64,000 bases of DNA from an uncultured Desulfosarcina sp. (lineage in GTDB: Bacteria; Desulfobacterota; Desulfobacteria; Desulfobacterales; Desulfosarcinaceae). A program made the position numbers and the translations under genes. Location: positions 960,001-1,024,000 of the forward strand of contig CAXXWQ010000004.1 in NCBI GenBank assembly GCA_963674945.2, given 5' to 3'. Shown piece after piece: positions 42,334 through 52,181 of this stretch. The first letter of the stretch is position 1. Each line of letters opens with the position of its first letter. A model generated the notes under the pieces. That model saw nothing but the letters and a program-made list of their open reading frames with translations, was not told the origin of the DNA and did not search any database.

Positions 42334-45300
42334 TTAAAGAATGCACTCCCGGCGGTAAAGCCAAACCCGCAGCATGGACAAGAGCCGGTCGACCTCGACG
42401 GGCTTGGAAAGATAATCATTGGCGCCTGCCGCAAGACACTTGTTGCGGTCCTCCTTCAAGGCCTTGGCCGTCAGGGCGATGATCGGCAAATCATGAAAGC
42501 GCGGCTGTTTGCGGATCTCCCTTGCGGTCTGGTATCCGTCCATAACCGGCATCATGATATCCAGCAGCACCAGCGCGATCTCCGGCTGTGTTTCCAAAAG
42601 GGCCAAGGCTTTCCGACCATCTTCTGCCTTAATCACGTTCAGCCCTTTTTCGGTAAGTATTTTCGACATAGCGAACAAATTACGCATGTCGTCATCGACC
42701 AGCAGGATGGTCTTTCCGGCCAGTGCGGTATCGCGCTCATGCAGGTTAATGATCATCTGCCTTTTTGCCGGCGTCATCGCGCTGACGGTCTTGTGCAAAA
42801 AGAGGCTTACCTCGTCTAAAAGACGCTCTTCGGATTTGACGCCTTTGATGATGATGCTTTCGGCATGCTTGCGAAGCGCCATCTCCTCTTCACGGGTCAG
42901 TTCCTTTCCGGTGTAAACGATCACCGGCGGCATGTCCAAATCCTTTTCTTCAGCCATGCGATCCAAGAGTTCGAAGCCGCTCATATCCGGTAGCCCCAGA
43001 TCCAGGATCATACAGTCGAAACGTCGCTTCTTGAGCGCGGCCAAAGCCGCGGTACCGCTTTCCACCTCCTTGATGGTAAGGTCTGCCTCCCCGATTAGCT
43101 TGACGATCCCACGGCGAAGATCGGCGTTATCTTCGACGACAAGCATCTCCTTGATTTTCTTGGCTACCACCTGTTCGATTCTTTCAAAAGCCTCATCCAG
43201 CTTTTCGCGACTCATCGGCTTGGTCGTGAAACCGATGGCTCCCCGTTGCAAGGTATCCAGTGTAGTTTCTTCAACGGAAATGATATGAACCGGAATATGG
43301 CGAGTCGCAGGATTTTCCTTCAGCATATTGAGGACCGTCCATCCGCTCATGCCTGGCAGGCGGATGTCCAGGATGACAGCATCCGGAATATAATTTTCGG
43401 CCAGTTTCAGCCCCTCTTCGCCAGTAGCCGAAACCAGAGCCTTGAAGCCTTTTGTCTGACATTTACCGAGCAGGATGTAGGCAAAACCGGGATCGTCTTC
43501 AATGATTAAAATACTCCGGTCGTTATCGCGGATTTTATCCCGGTCATCGGAAAAGGCGTGGACTGGCTTGGGCAGTTCATGCTTTCTGCAGATTTCAATG
43601 GGCAGCGTGCCGGTAGGATTTGCTTGCCGTGCCTGCAGTTCAACATCGGTTTCGGGGGCGGCATTTTTTATTGTGAACACCAGCGGTAGGTAAAGTACAA
43701 AGGTCGATCCTTGTTCGGGAATGCTGGTGAGCTGAATTTCCCCACCAAGCAGCTTGGCCAGTTCACGGACAATGGACAAACCCAGCCCGGTACCGCCATA
43801 TTTCCGTGATGTGCTGCCGTCGGCCTGTTGAAAGGCCTCGAAGACTTGCATCTGCTTGTCCAAGGGGATGCCGATACCGGTATCCGTAACGCAAAAAGCC
43901 ACGCAACTTTCCGGTGTCAAACCGCTTCTGGCCAAATTCACACCGCTGCCGGGCCGTTCCATCGTTACGTTCACCGATCCTTTTTCGGTAAACTTCAAAG
44001 CATTGGAAATAAGGTTGTTGAGAATCTGCTGCAACCGCTGGTTGTCGCTCCTGATACGCTGCGGCATGCCGTCGCTTATACTGACGATCAACTCCAATCC
44101 TTTTTGCACCGCAATTGGTTTGAAGTTTTGCGTGATGCTGCTTGCCACGTCTGAAAGATCGATGTCTTCGATATTCAGGGTCATGCGACCCGCCTCGATC
44201 TTGGAAAGATCCAGGATCTCGTTGATCAGCTGGAGCAATTCCTGACCGCTTTTGTGAATGACGCCGGCCGATTCGACCTGATTTGGGTCCAAATTGCCCT
44301 TGGCATTCTCCTGTAGATCGCGCGAAAGCAGCAGAAGGCTGCTAAGAGGGGTTCGTAGTTCGTGGGACATGTTGGCCAGAAACTCCGATTTGTATTTGCC
44401 GGTCACTTCCAGCTCACGGGCGCGTAGCTCCAGTTCCTGGCGGGCATTTTCGAGAGACTGGTTTTTCCGATCGATCTGCAGTTTCTGCTTCTCCAGGTAA
44501 TGGTTTTTCTCTTCGAGCTCCTCGTTGGTTGCTCTTAATTCCTCCTGCTGCTGCTTCAATTGCTCTTCGGATTTTTTCAAAGATTGGGTCTGTTGCTCTA
44601 GTTCCTCGTTGGCCACACGCAGCTCTTCTTCCTGTACTTGCAGTTGTTGGGTTTGTTGCTGGGTTTGCGAAAGCAGTTGCTTGAGCTTGGCTTGGTTCTG
44701 CACAGTATATACGGCAATGGCCGCAACGCTGGAAGCGTCGCGTAAAAAATCCAATTGGGCTTCTTCAAACGTTTCGATTGAACCCAGCTCGATCACACCC
44801 TTGATCGTATCTTCGAAAAGCAGGGGCACTGCGACGATATGGTGGGCAGGGCTGTCCCCCAGGGACGAACTGACACGCAGGTAATCATGCGGCAAACCTG
44901 GAACGGAAATGATCTCTTTTTCAAGTGCAGCCTGACCGGCCAAGCCCTCTCCTGGCTTGATGACCGTGGCCAGTGTATCGCCTTGGTCGGCGGCGTAGCT
45001 CCCATGCAGCGTCAGGAAGCCGTCGTCGGACATGACATACAGCGTTCCGACCTGGGCGTCGAGGTAGCTCGCTAAAAAGCTGAGCATTTCCGCCGCCAGC
45101 ACCTTCAGGTCGCCTTGGCCCACAATAATGCTGTTCAGTTCGTTCTTGCCTGTCTTGATCCAGTCCTGCAGGTCGCTTTGCCTTTTGGAATCTTGCAGCG
45201 CCAAGGTCATCTGATTGACGGCCTTGCCAAGATGATCGTTATGTCCGCCGAGGGTTACATGTTGGCTCAAATCTCCGGCTGCAATGGCCATGGCCACGTC

Positions 45301-46083
45301 GGCCTTGTCGCGCAGGCCCATTTGCATCTCCCGGAATGAATTCGCCAAGGCGCCAATTTCGTCCTTCTGATCGATCAGTACATCGTGCCGCAGGTCTCCT
45401 TTGGCAATATTATTCATGCGCTGTACGATCATCTGCAACGACGGGGTGATGCTCTGGGCAATGAGCCAGGCAATCCCCATGCTGAGCGCAATTGCGGCAC
45501 CCAATAACCAGGTAATTATCGATCTGGAACGCTCCTGCTGGTCGCGGGCCGCCTCGCGGAAGCTTTGGGCTTTTCCATAGGAAAATTCGATCAAGGCATT
45601 CAGCTTGTTTCTCAATTCGTATGTGCGTTTCTGATGCGCCTGATAGAAAATCTTGTCCAGTTTATCCTTTGATCCAGCGCGTATTTCCTCTAATTCCTGA
45701 TCGAGCTTGCTTTTCCAGTTGCTGAAAGCCTGTCGTGCGATCAGGACCTCATCCTTGTTGCCCAGATGCCCGTCCTTTACTATCTCGAACTTTCCCAAAA
45801 GTTGTGGCGCCACTTCGTTGATGCGGCGCTCGACTTCATCTAACTCACCGGCATCACTGGCAAACAGAAGCCTGCGCAACTGTTCGTTCATCTGGTTTAT
45901 CTCCGCCCTGATATCCAGTACTGCGTAGCCCACGGCAATAGGATGTTTGAACATGTTGTTGACAATACCGGCCAGGATGTTCATCTGGCGAATGGCCATA
46001 CCACCGACGATTAGCGTCAGCAAAATCACCAACACAAATCCAATGGTGAGTCTTGTGCCGATCTTTAGATCTCCCAGTTTCAT
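42334..46083 (-). CDS. Membrane hybrid histidine kinase (4HB-HAMP-GAF-coiled coil-HK-3xREC)
   Basis: NMSHELRTP, DTGIG, GGTGLGL motifs and three receiver domains. Confidence 0.95.
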   Translation of the reverse strand: MKLGDLKIGTRLTIGFVLVILLTLIVGGMAIRQMNILAGIVNNMFKHPIAVGYAVLDIRAEINQMNEQLRRLLFASDAGELDEVERRINEVAPQLLGKFEIVKDGHLGNKDEVLIARQAFSNWKSKLDQELEEIRAGSKDKLDKIFYQAHQKRTYELRNKLNALIEFSYGKAQSFREAARDQQERSRSIITWLLGAAIALSMGIAWLIAQSITPSLQMIVQRMNNIAKGDLRHDVLIDQKDEIGALANSFREMQMGLRDKADVAMAIAAGDLSQHVTLGGHNDHLGKAVNQMTLALQDSKRQSDLQDWIKTGKNELNSIIVGQGDLKVLAAEMLSFLASYLDAQVGTLYVMSDDGFLTLHGSYAADQGDTLATVIKPGEGLAGQAALEKEIISVPGLPHDYLRVSSSLGDSPAHHIVAVPLLFEDTIKGVIELGSIETFEEAQLDFLRDASSVAAIAVYTVQNQAKLKQLLSQTQQQTQQLQVQEEELRVANEELEQQTQSLKKSEEQLKQQQEELRATNEELEEKNHYLEKQKLQIDRKNQSLENARQELELRARELEVTGKYKSEFLANMSHELRTPLSSLLLLSRDLQENAKGNLDPNQVESAGVIHKSGQELLQLINEILDLSKIEAGRMTLNIEDIDLSDVASSITQNFKPIAVQKGLELIVSISDGMPQRIRSDNQRLQQILNNLISNALKFTEKGSVNVTMERPGSGVNLARSGLTPESCVAFCVTDTGIGIPLDKQMQVFEAFQQADGSTSRKYGGTGLGLSIVRELAKLLGGEIQLTSIPEQGSTFVLYLPLVFTIKNAAPETDVELQARQANPTGTLPIEICRKHELPKPVHAFSDDRDKIRDNDRSILIIEDDPGFAYILLGKCQTKGFKALVSATGEEGLKLAENYIPDAVILDIRLPGMSGWTVLNMLKENPATRHIPVHIISVEETTLDTLQRGAIGFTTKPMSREKLDEAFERIEQVVAKKIKEMLVVEDNADLRRGIVKLIGEADLTIKEVESGTAALAALKKRRFDCMILDLGLPDMSGFELLDRMAEEKDLDMPPVIVYTGKELTREEEMALRKHAESIIIKGVKSEERLLDEVSLFLHKTVSAMTPAKRQMIINLHERDTALAGKTILLVDDDMRNLFAMSKILTEKGLNVIKAEDGRKALALLETQPEIALVLLDIMMPVMDGYQTAREIRKQPRFHDLPIIALTAKALKEDRNKCLAAGANDYLSKPVEVDRLLSMLRVWLYRRECIL

Positions 46084-46297
46084 GAGCTGATCTTACCCCT
46101 CCCTCTCATTTTTGCCTTTAAATTATTCAAAGCCTTTTTGCCCATGGCTAAGAATTCATAAAATGGCAGCGCGAAGTGCATCCTTGTTTTTCTCTGTCCT
46201 TCAAGTTGCGATGCAATTTATCCATTTATTTTAAAATGGTGGAACAAGGGAATGCTTAGTCTGATCCTCGGAAAATAACGAAAAAATAAAGGATTTT

Positions 46298-47314
46298 TCA
46301 ACAAAAAACGCTATCTGAATTTAGCGGAATTAAATATTTCGCTGAACCCAGAAAACCGGTAAGGACGATCATGGCGGGCCGGTCGTCGATGCCCAGCAAC
46401 TTCTTATCCAGACTCTTGAAATCGCCGATCTTGTGAGACTGCCACCACAGGGCCTTTTCCCATGTGTCGGGAATGGGCAGACCGGGCCGCCAACGGATGG
46501 CGTCCGCCTCGTTGACGCCGGCTGGCGAAGAAGTTGGATTCGGTATTTCACCGCCGAATACCAGGCGACAGAGATGTCGCTGCGTCTTCTCGTCCGGTTC
46601 TTGTAATTGTTTTCCATCGGACCAGTAGCGGGTGATATGACCCGGGCTTTGTCGGTGCGTAAAAGCGGACGGAGGCAGTTCGAGACTGAATCCCGCCGAA
46701 GCGCCGATCACTTCGTAAATGGCCCGGGCGATGGCAAAGGCCGGCAGGTGCTGATCCCATCCGCCGGGCGGCACAAGTGTGACCGGACCATCGGGGGTGT
46801 CCACCCGCACGCCGTCCGCTGCCCTGCTGGCCAGCCAGTTGTCGGCCAGCAGGGTAAGCGCAACGGTGCCATGGTCCAGATCGATGGTCAACTCCAGATC
46901 CCCGATGTAAAAGAGCGAACACAGATCGGCGTGTCGGGAGAACTGCCGAAGGCACGAGAGATATTGATCCTGCTGGGTCCATGCCGCTGCCGGCAGTGAA
47001 AACTGTTCCACCGTCTCCTCGTCCGGCGAGGGAAAGTAGTTGAGTTGAAAGCGACCCGCAAGTTGTCGTCCCGACCGTCCGGCTCCCATCCAGACCCAGG
47101 CGAATACTCCTGGCCAGCCGGCGATCTTGACGGTCCATGCCTCGGTATCGGTGGCGCATTGGTTTACCCCCCGCCACCCCAGGTGATGACGCACCGCCGG
47201 TACGAAATTGGCGCGCACCACCATGGCGCGCAAAATGCCCGGCAGGGCCGTTTCCGGGGAAGCCTCGATGTCGCCGGGGTAGAGTTTGCGCAGCGATTGA
47301 AGACAAGATGCCAT
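46298..47314 (-). pseudogene. CobW/COG0523-family GTPase with long N-terminal extension, truncated at the P-loop
   Basis: Ends RPAMIVLTGFLGSAKY... (expected GFLGSGKT), then AT-rich unrelated sequence. Confidence 0.75.
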
Positions 47315-47391
47315 GCGTCGATGTTCTCTCCTTTTCATGGGGTGCGGCCGGGCCACAATTACGACCCGGCCGCTTGCTCGGGGTCCGGGGG

Positions 47392-48558
47392 TCAGACGCC
47401 GAAGCTGATGGTATCGCCGTTGCCAAGATAGGCCGGATCCTTGGAGCGGTGGCGGGCCGTTCCCTTGATGACCGGATAGCCCGCGGCAATGAATTTCTTG
47501 GCGCACACAATGCCGGTGCAGTGGTTGCAGCCAATTTTCTCAAAGCCGTATTTTCCCAGGGAGATCACCAGGTCGTCATACTTGGGGTCCCAGTCGTCAA
47601 AGGGGGAGATGTGCAGCCCCCCGTAGATGCCGTGGAAGTTGTCGCCATCGTATTTGATCTCCCGGTAGGCGGTCTCGGCGAACTGGATGATGCTCTGGTG
47701 GCAGCATCCGGTCACGCTTACCAGTCCCTTGTCCTTGACGTTGAAGTAAAGGGATTGCTCGCCGTAGACACGGCAGATGATGGGAATGGCGAAAACGAAC
47801 CCGGCCATGCCCGGAACCACCTTGTTCAGGCCTGCTTTGACCACGTGCAACGGGCCCTTGTGGCCGGCGTCCTTGATGTACTGCAGTCCTTCCTCGTAAA
47901 ACCCTTCGGGAACGTAGATGGGGATGGTCGGGTCGTACTTCAACGTAACCGGCAGTCCCCAGAAGTGATCGAAATGCTCGTGGGAGATAAACAGGGCCTT
48001 GATTTCCCGGTTTCGCAGCATCTGGTCGATGCCTTCGCGACGGAAGCACTCGTCCGTCCACTGGTAGGACCACCCGCTGTCCAGAAGGTATTTGGTTTTT
48101 TGGCCGTCCAGTGCCTCCACCTCCACTAATGCCGCATACCCGCCGGCATTTTCCGGATGCACCGAGAGCTTTTCCGTGATCGCCCACGCCTCGTCAATGC
48201 GGTCGGGCAGCAGGTGCTTGATTTTGGCGATGCCATTGGCATAGGACCCTTTTCCCAAACCGGTACCATCGCCGAAGGGCGGCCAGTTATAGTCGTACTG
48301 GTTTACCAGCAGGCCGCCGGCACCCTTGATGTCGCTCATCAGGTCGGCATTTTTGAACCAGCTGGTTTCGGTAATATTGGTAATTTTGACGCTCTTGCAG
48401 GCACCGATATCGGTCAGCTTGCGCTTTACTTCGGCAAATTGGCGTTTTCGCCAGGGCGAGTAGGAATAAATGCCCATGGATGCCAGCATTCCACCCATGA
48501 CGCCCACGGCCGCCCCCTTGAAAAAATCGCGCCGGCTGATATTTGATTTTTCCGACAT
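47392..48558 (-). CDS. Tat-exported MBL-fold metallo-hydrolase (COG1237-like)
   Basis: SRRDFFK Tat motif; SHEHFDH, TGCCH, GGLH, NHCTG motifs. Confidence 0.88.
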   Translation of the reverse strand: MSEKSNISRRDFFKGAAVGVMGGMLASMGIYSYSPWRKRQFAEVKRKLTDIGACKSVKITNITETSWFKNADLMSDIKGAGGLLVNQYDYNWPPFGDGTGLGKGSYANGIAKIKHLLPDRIDEAWAITEKLSVHPENAGGYAALVEVEALDGQKTKYLLDSGWSYQWTDECFRREGIDQMLRNREIKALFISHEHFDHFWGLPVTLKYDPTIPIYVPEGFYEEGLQYIKDAGHKGPLHVVKAGLNKVVPGMAGFVFAIPIICRVYGEQSLYFNVKDKGLVSVTGCCHQSIIQFAETAYREIKYDGDNFHGIYGGLHISPFDDWDPKYDDLVISLGKYGFEKIGCNHCTGIVCAKKFIAAGYPVIKGTARHRSKDPAYLGNGDTISFGV

Positions 48559-48588
48559 GATCGACTCCTTTTCTAAATGGCTTGTGCG

Positions 48589-50001
48589 TTACTTGATAAT
48601 ATCGATGGCACGATAAAACGCCGGCAGCAAAGCAACGGAGATAAAGTAGATGGCCACACCGGCCAGCACTCCGCCGCCCAGGCCCCATCCGAACGATGTT
48701 CCCCATCGCACTTCGGCGATGGCCTGTTGCCGGGCCTGGTGGTCCGCTGCGATCTCTTCCGCGGTTTTGGGCACCGCCTTCCACGCCGGCCAGTTGTCCA
48801 TGAACCAGTGATGCACCAGCCAGATATCGATCAGCCAGATGGTGGGGATCATGGGAAACTGCTGGGGATGAGAAAAACCCTTCTGGGTCCCTAAGAAAAG
48901 ATGGGAGATGCGGTAGTAGAAGATGTAGAGCAGCACGGCCGCCACGATGGTCACGGTGGTGCGGATCAGGACATTGACCGGCATGCTGAACTTTTTGGGC
49001 CAGTTGCCGCAGTAGAAGGTGACGAACAGCGCCGGTACCAGGAAGAACACCGCCATTTCACCCACATGCAGCCAGCGCCAGTCGGGCGCGAAATCCCGCC
49101 GCGTGCCGCGGATGGCCGGCCCGTACGTCAGTTCCTGAACGAAGTAGAGAAAAAAGTGCATGGCAAAGGCGATGGCGATGATTCCGAAAAAGGCAACCAC
49201 CCGGCGGCGCCAGGGTGTGCGGATCATATTGAAGGGAAACCGTTCCCAGATGGTCTCCACCAACCAGACGGTGACCGTACAGCACATGATCCAGGAGACG
49301 TGGAAGTTTCCTGAAACCGTATCGGCGAATTTTTCCCAGTACGGGGGCGTGATTCCGGTAAAGGCCTGCCAGGGATCGTACAGAATCGCCATGTGTGAAT
49401 GCATGGTCGTAAAATAGACAAGGGTACTCAGGAAAAAGGTCATGATCAACATGCTGAAACCTTTGGCCGGCTGTTTCAGTCCCTGCCAGGGGGCCTCTTC
49501 ACAGGCAACCACCCAGGCCGGGCTCAGCCAGGATGCGATGGCGGCGAACATCAAACATGCCAGGGAGGCATATTCGATGGCAAAAAACTCGGTGATGCCG
49601 GGCAGCCGGGTCAGGCGCTCGGGATTGAAATAGGCGAGACCGAAGTTGCCCAGAATGCCTTCGAAAAAGCCTTTGATCAAAATCAGCAGGATACCCACCG
49701 ATACGGCGGTAAGAATGATCCCCTTCACCAGCGGGTGGGTTTCGCGAACCCATTTCTGGCTGAAGGGCCAGTAATTGAAGAGGTAAACCATCCAGATGAG
49801 CACAATCAGCCACCAGCGGGTATACATATAACCCACATAGGGCGTGTACATGCGCATTATCCCCCGGGGATCCTGAAAGATCCACCATGTCAGATAGAAT
49901 ACCGCCACGGTCAAGACCAGACTGACCAGGGCCGGAATGGGGCCCTTCCAGCGCTTTTCCAACCGGCGGCTCTCCAGGTAATTCATGGATTGCCCTTCCA
50001 T
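48589..50001 (-). CDS. Polytopic membrane protein, possible transporter
   Basis: 470 aa, roughly a dozen hydrophobic segments, Trp/Pro-rich (WPF, WPA); AAGGAG SD. Confidence 0.8.
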   Translation of the reverse strand: MEGQSMNYLESRRLEKRWKGPIPALVSLVLTVAVFYLTWWIFQDPRGIMRMYTPYVGYMYTRWWLIVLIWMVYLFNYWPFSQKWVRETHPLVKGIILTAVSVGILLILIKGFFEGILGNFGLAYFNPERLTRLPGITEFFAIEYASLACLMFAAIASWLSPAWVVACEEAPWQGLKQPAKGFSMLIMTFFLSTLVYFTTMHSHMAILYDPWQAFTGITPPYWEKFADTVSGNFHVSWIMCCTVTVWLVETIWERFPFNMIRTPWRRRVVAFFGIIAIAFAMHFFLYFVQELTYGPAIRGTRRDFAPDWRWLHVGEMAVFFLVPALFVTFYCGNWPKKFSMPVNVLIRTTVTIVAAVLLYIFYYRISHLFLGTQKGFSHPQQFPMIPTIWLIDIWLVHHWFMDNWPAWKAVPKTAEEIAADHQARQQAIAEVRWGTSFGWGLGGGVLAGVAIYFISVALLPAFYRAIDIIK

Positions 50002-50677
50002 AATGTCACTCCTTTGTTAAACAGTCCTTAGTGTAAGCCAGCAGATAAAATGTTGCCCGATAGAATCGTTGAAACGAGGCCACCTCCTTTCCATCATGGA
50101 TTTCCTTGGATCTATATCGACGGTGCGATGGTTTATGGATTTGCGTATCTTTTGATGGTTGATAGAGAGAGCTGAGATGGGTCGGTTACCCGGCTGAAGG
50201 CGTGTGGGCGGATCCTGAAGCGATCTCTCTTTTGGGAGCATTGACCGGCAACAGCCGGGCTTTATGGACCCGAGACGCCTCTTCGCCCTGAAATCGTGAT
50301 ATGGGGAAGGTGGTTTGGTACCTTGGGTCTTACACGATGAAATTGTCAGGCGGTCCGTCATCTTTCGGACTCCTGTCCAGGTGCTGCAATGCCTCCACAA
50401 CAGTTGGAGACATCTTGATGCCTTTTTGAGTGAATAGTATACGTCACTGACGCAGAGTAGTGTTGAATACCCAAACCAAGTCACTGCCCAAAAGTTCTCT
50501 CCAAGGCATCAAATGAAACATCTCCAATCATCCTTCTGTAAATGGTAATAGGATATTTATTACCCAGACCTCTTCCCCTACACTTATCGATAATAAACCA
50601 ATCCCCAATGTATTGAGAGATGACCAAAGGTCAGATGCTATCAATATGCATAAACTGGAGAGTTAATAAGCTTTAAC

Positions 50678-50693
50678 AGCAAACCTTGTGCCA
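50678..50693 (-). promoter_or_regulatory. Sigma54 (-24/-12) promoter
   Basis: Minus strand TGGCAC-AAGGT-TTGCT, exact consensus, pointing at the membrane protein/MBL/CobW operon. Confidence 0.8.
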
Positions 50694-51114
50694 GGCTTTC
50701 AGACATATAACGAACGATCCATCTACGCCGATCATGGCATTGATTATGATCATGATTTCAACAATTGCCTATATTGGAAATATGCAATCTCAGAAGGACT
50801 CAAGGGACAGGATTGACCGTTGGAATTAGACTACGAGAAGATGGTTTATTGTGGAAATGGCATTTCCCATTTTACTTATATGTCGAGATATTTCATATCC
50901 AAATTGTAAGCGAGTACCTGTTTCAATTTTACAGACTGCAAAATTTCCTGACAGGCTGTCATGTTCCAATCGTAATTTTACCATTAAGGCCGTAAAGTAC
51001 TATTATACCGAACAGTTGTGTTTTTAAAAAATTTTTTGAAAATAGAATTCCGTTTGCCGTGCTTCACCGCAAATTAAAAATATAGCTTCACTACGCCTAC
51101 CACGTTAGGACAGC

Positions 51115-51189
51115 CTTACCTTGCAGATTGAAGACGAAACCTACATCTTACTCAGGGTAGGAACACATGACATTTTGAAAAGCGCCTAA
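51115..51189 (+). pseudogene. Possible C-terminal remnant of a RelE-superfamily toxin
   Basis: LTLQIEDETYILLRVGTHDILKSA* resembles the toxin tail (R.GTHD); no intact start. Confidence 0.45.
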
Positions 51190-52181
51190 CAAAAAAACAC
51201 CCCATCTTTTTTCAGTTTTGAGACATCGGTTTTCAATTCCGAAACGTCTGTTTTTAACTGGAATTATAATGTGTTGTTCGTTTTGATTTTGTCTGAGTGC
51301 AAGGCTGTTCTACTCAAATCATTATTACGAAGACCTTGCCTTCCAGCAGCGTGTCTAAAAAGAACAGACAGTCCGGTTTGAAAAGGTCGCAAACATGTAC
51401 ATTTGAAATGGCATGATTGCTGAACACAATCCTTTTCCTTCTCCACTGGATATAAAGTGGGCTATAATCAAATTTTACCCCATACTGTGTAAAACTCGGG
51501 GGGAAATGCTATTGAAATGGGAATTTCAGTCAAAGAGGCTATTTCCCAACTGCTGTTCACCGCCCATCACCGCCTCAAATCCCGATTTCAACCCACCCGA
51601 TACGGCACACTTGAGGCGTTAGATTTCTATTGATCTCACAGAATTTTGGGTATATGTCCTAGAATATAATTTTTTGAATTATCTTTTTGTCAAAACTGCA
51701 TCGACCTGATTGCTGATCCTGCCAAGATTTCCACTCCATTATTATTGGATTTTTGTTATTCAGTCGCGAAATATGCTGATATTTATTGGTTTCGTTACTG
51801 CTGTTGGATATGGCCTTTCTGATGTTATGCGTTGCTCTGGGTTCTTGGGTACGTTGAATGCTATCCACGTAAGAAAAGCTGGGGTACTTTTTTCATAACA
51901 TTGCATTGGTGTGGTTTTTCCTTTTCATCCTTACTGAACCGTTGACAAAGGATATGACCGGCTTTTTTTCGTTTTTAAGATCCGATCCATCCAAAACAGA
52001 CGACACCAGTGACCGATAACATTTTTCATCAACAGACAAAATCAAGGAGAGGAACGATGGGGATTAAAACGAAACAAAACTTCTCTATATTTTTACCTGG
52101 AGTCTTATTTCTTTTTGCTTTCTTTATAATTTTCGTCAATGATTGCTGCGCAGAAGCTGAAAGTGATTTGCAATACATGTT

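Noticed and set aside
50180..50390. Guanidine (ykkC-type) riboswitch
   Set aside because: Only fragmentary resemblance (AAAGCCCGG); the conserved core motifs were not found by eye.
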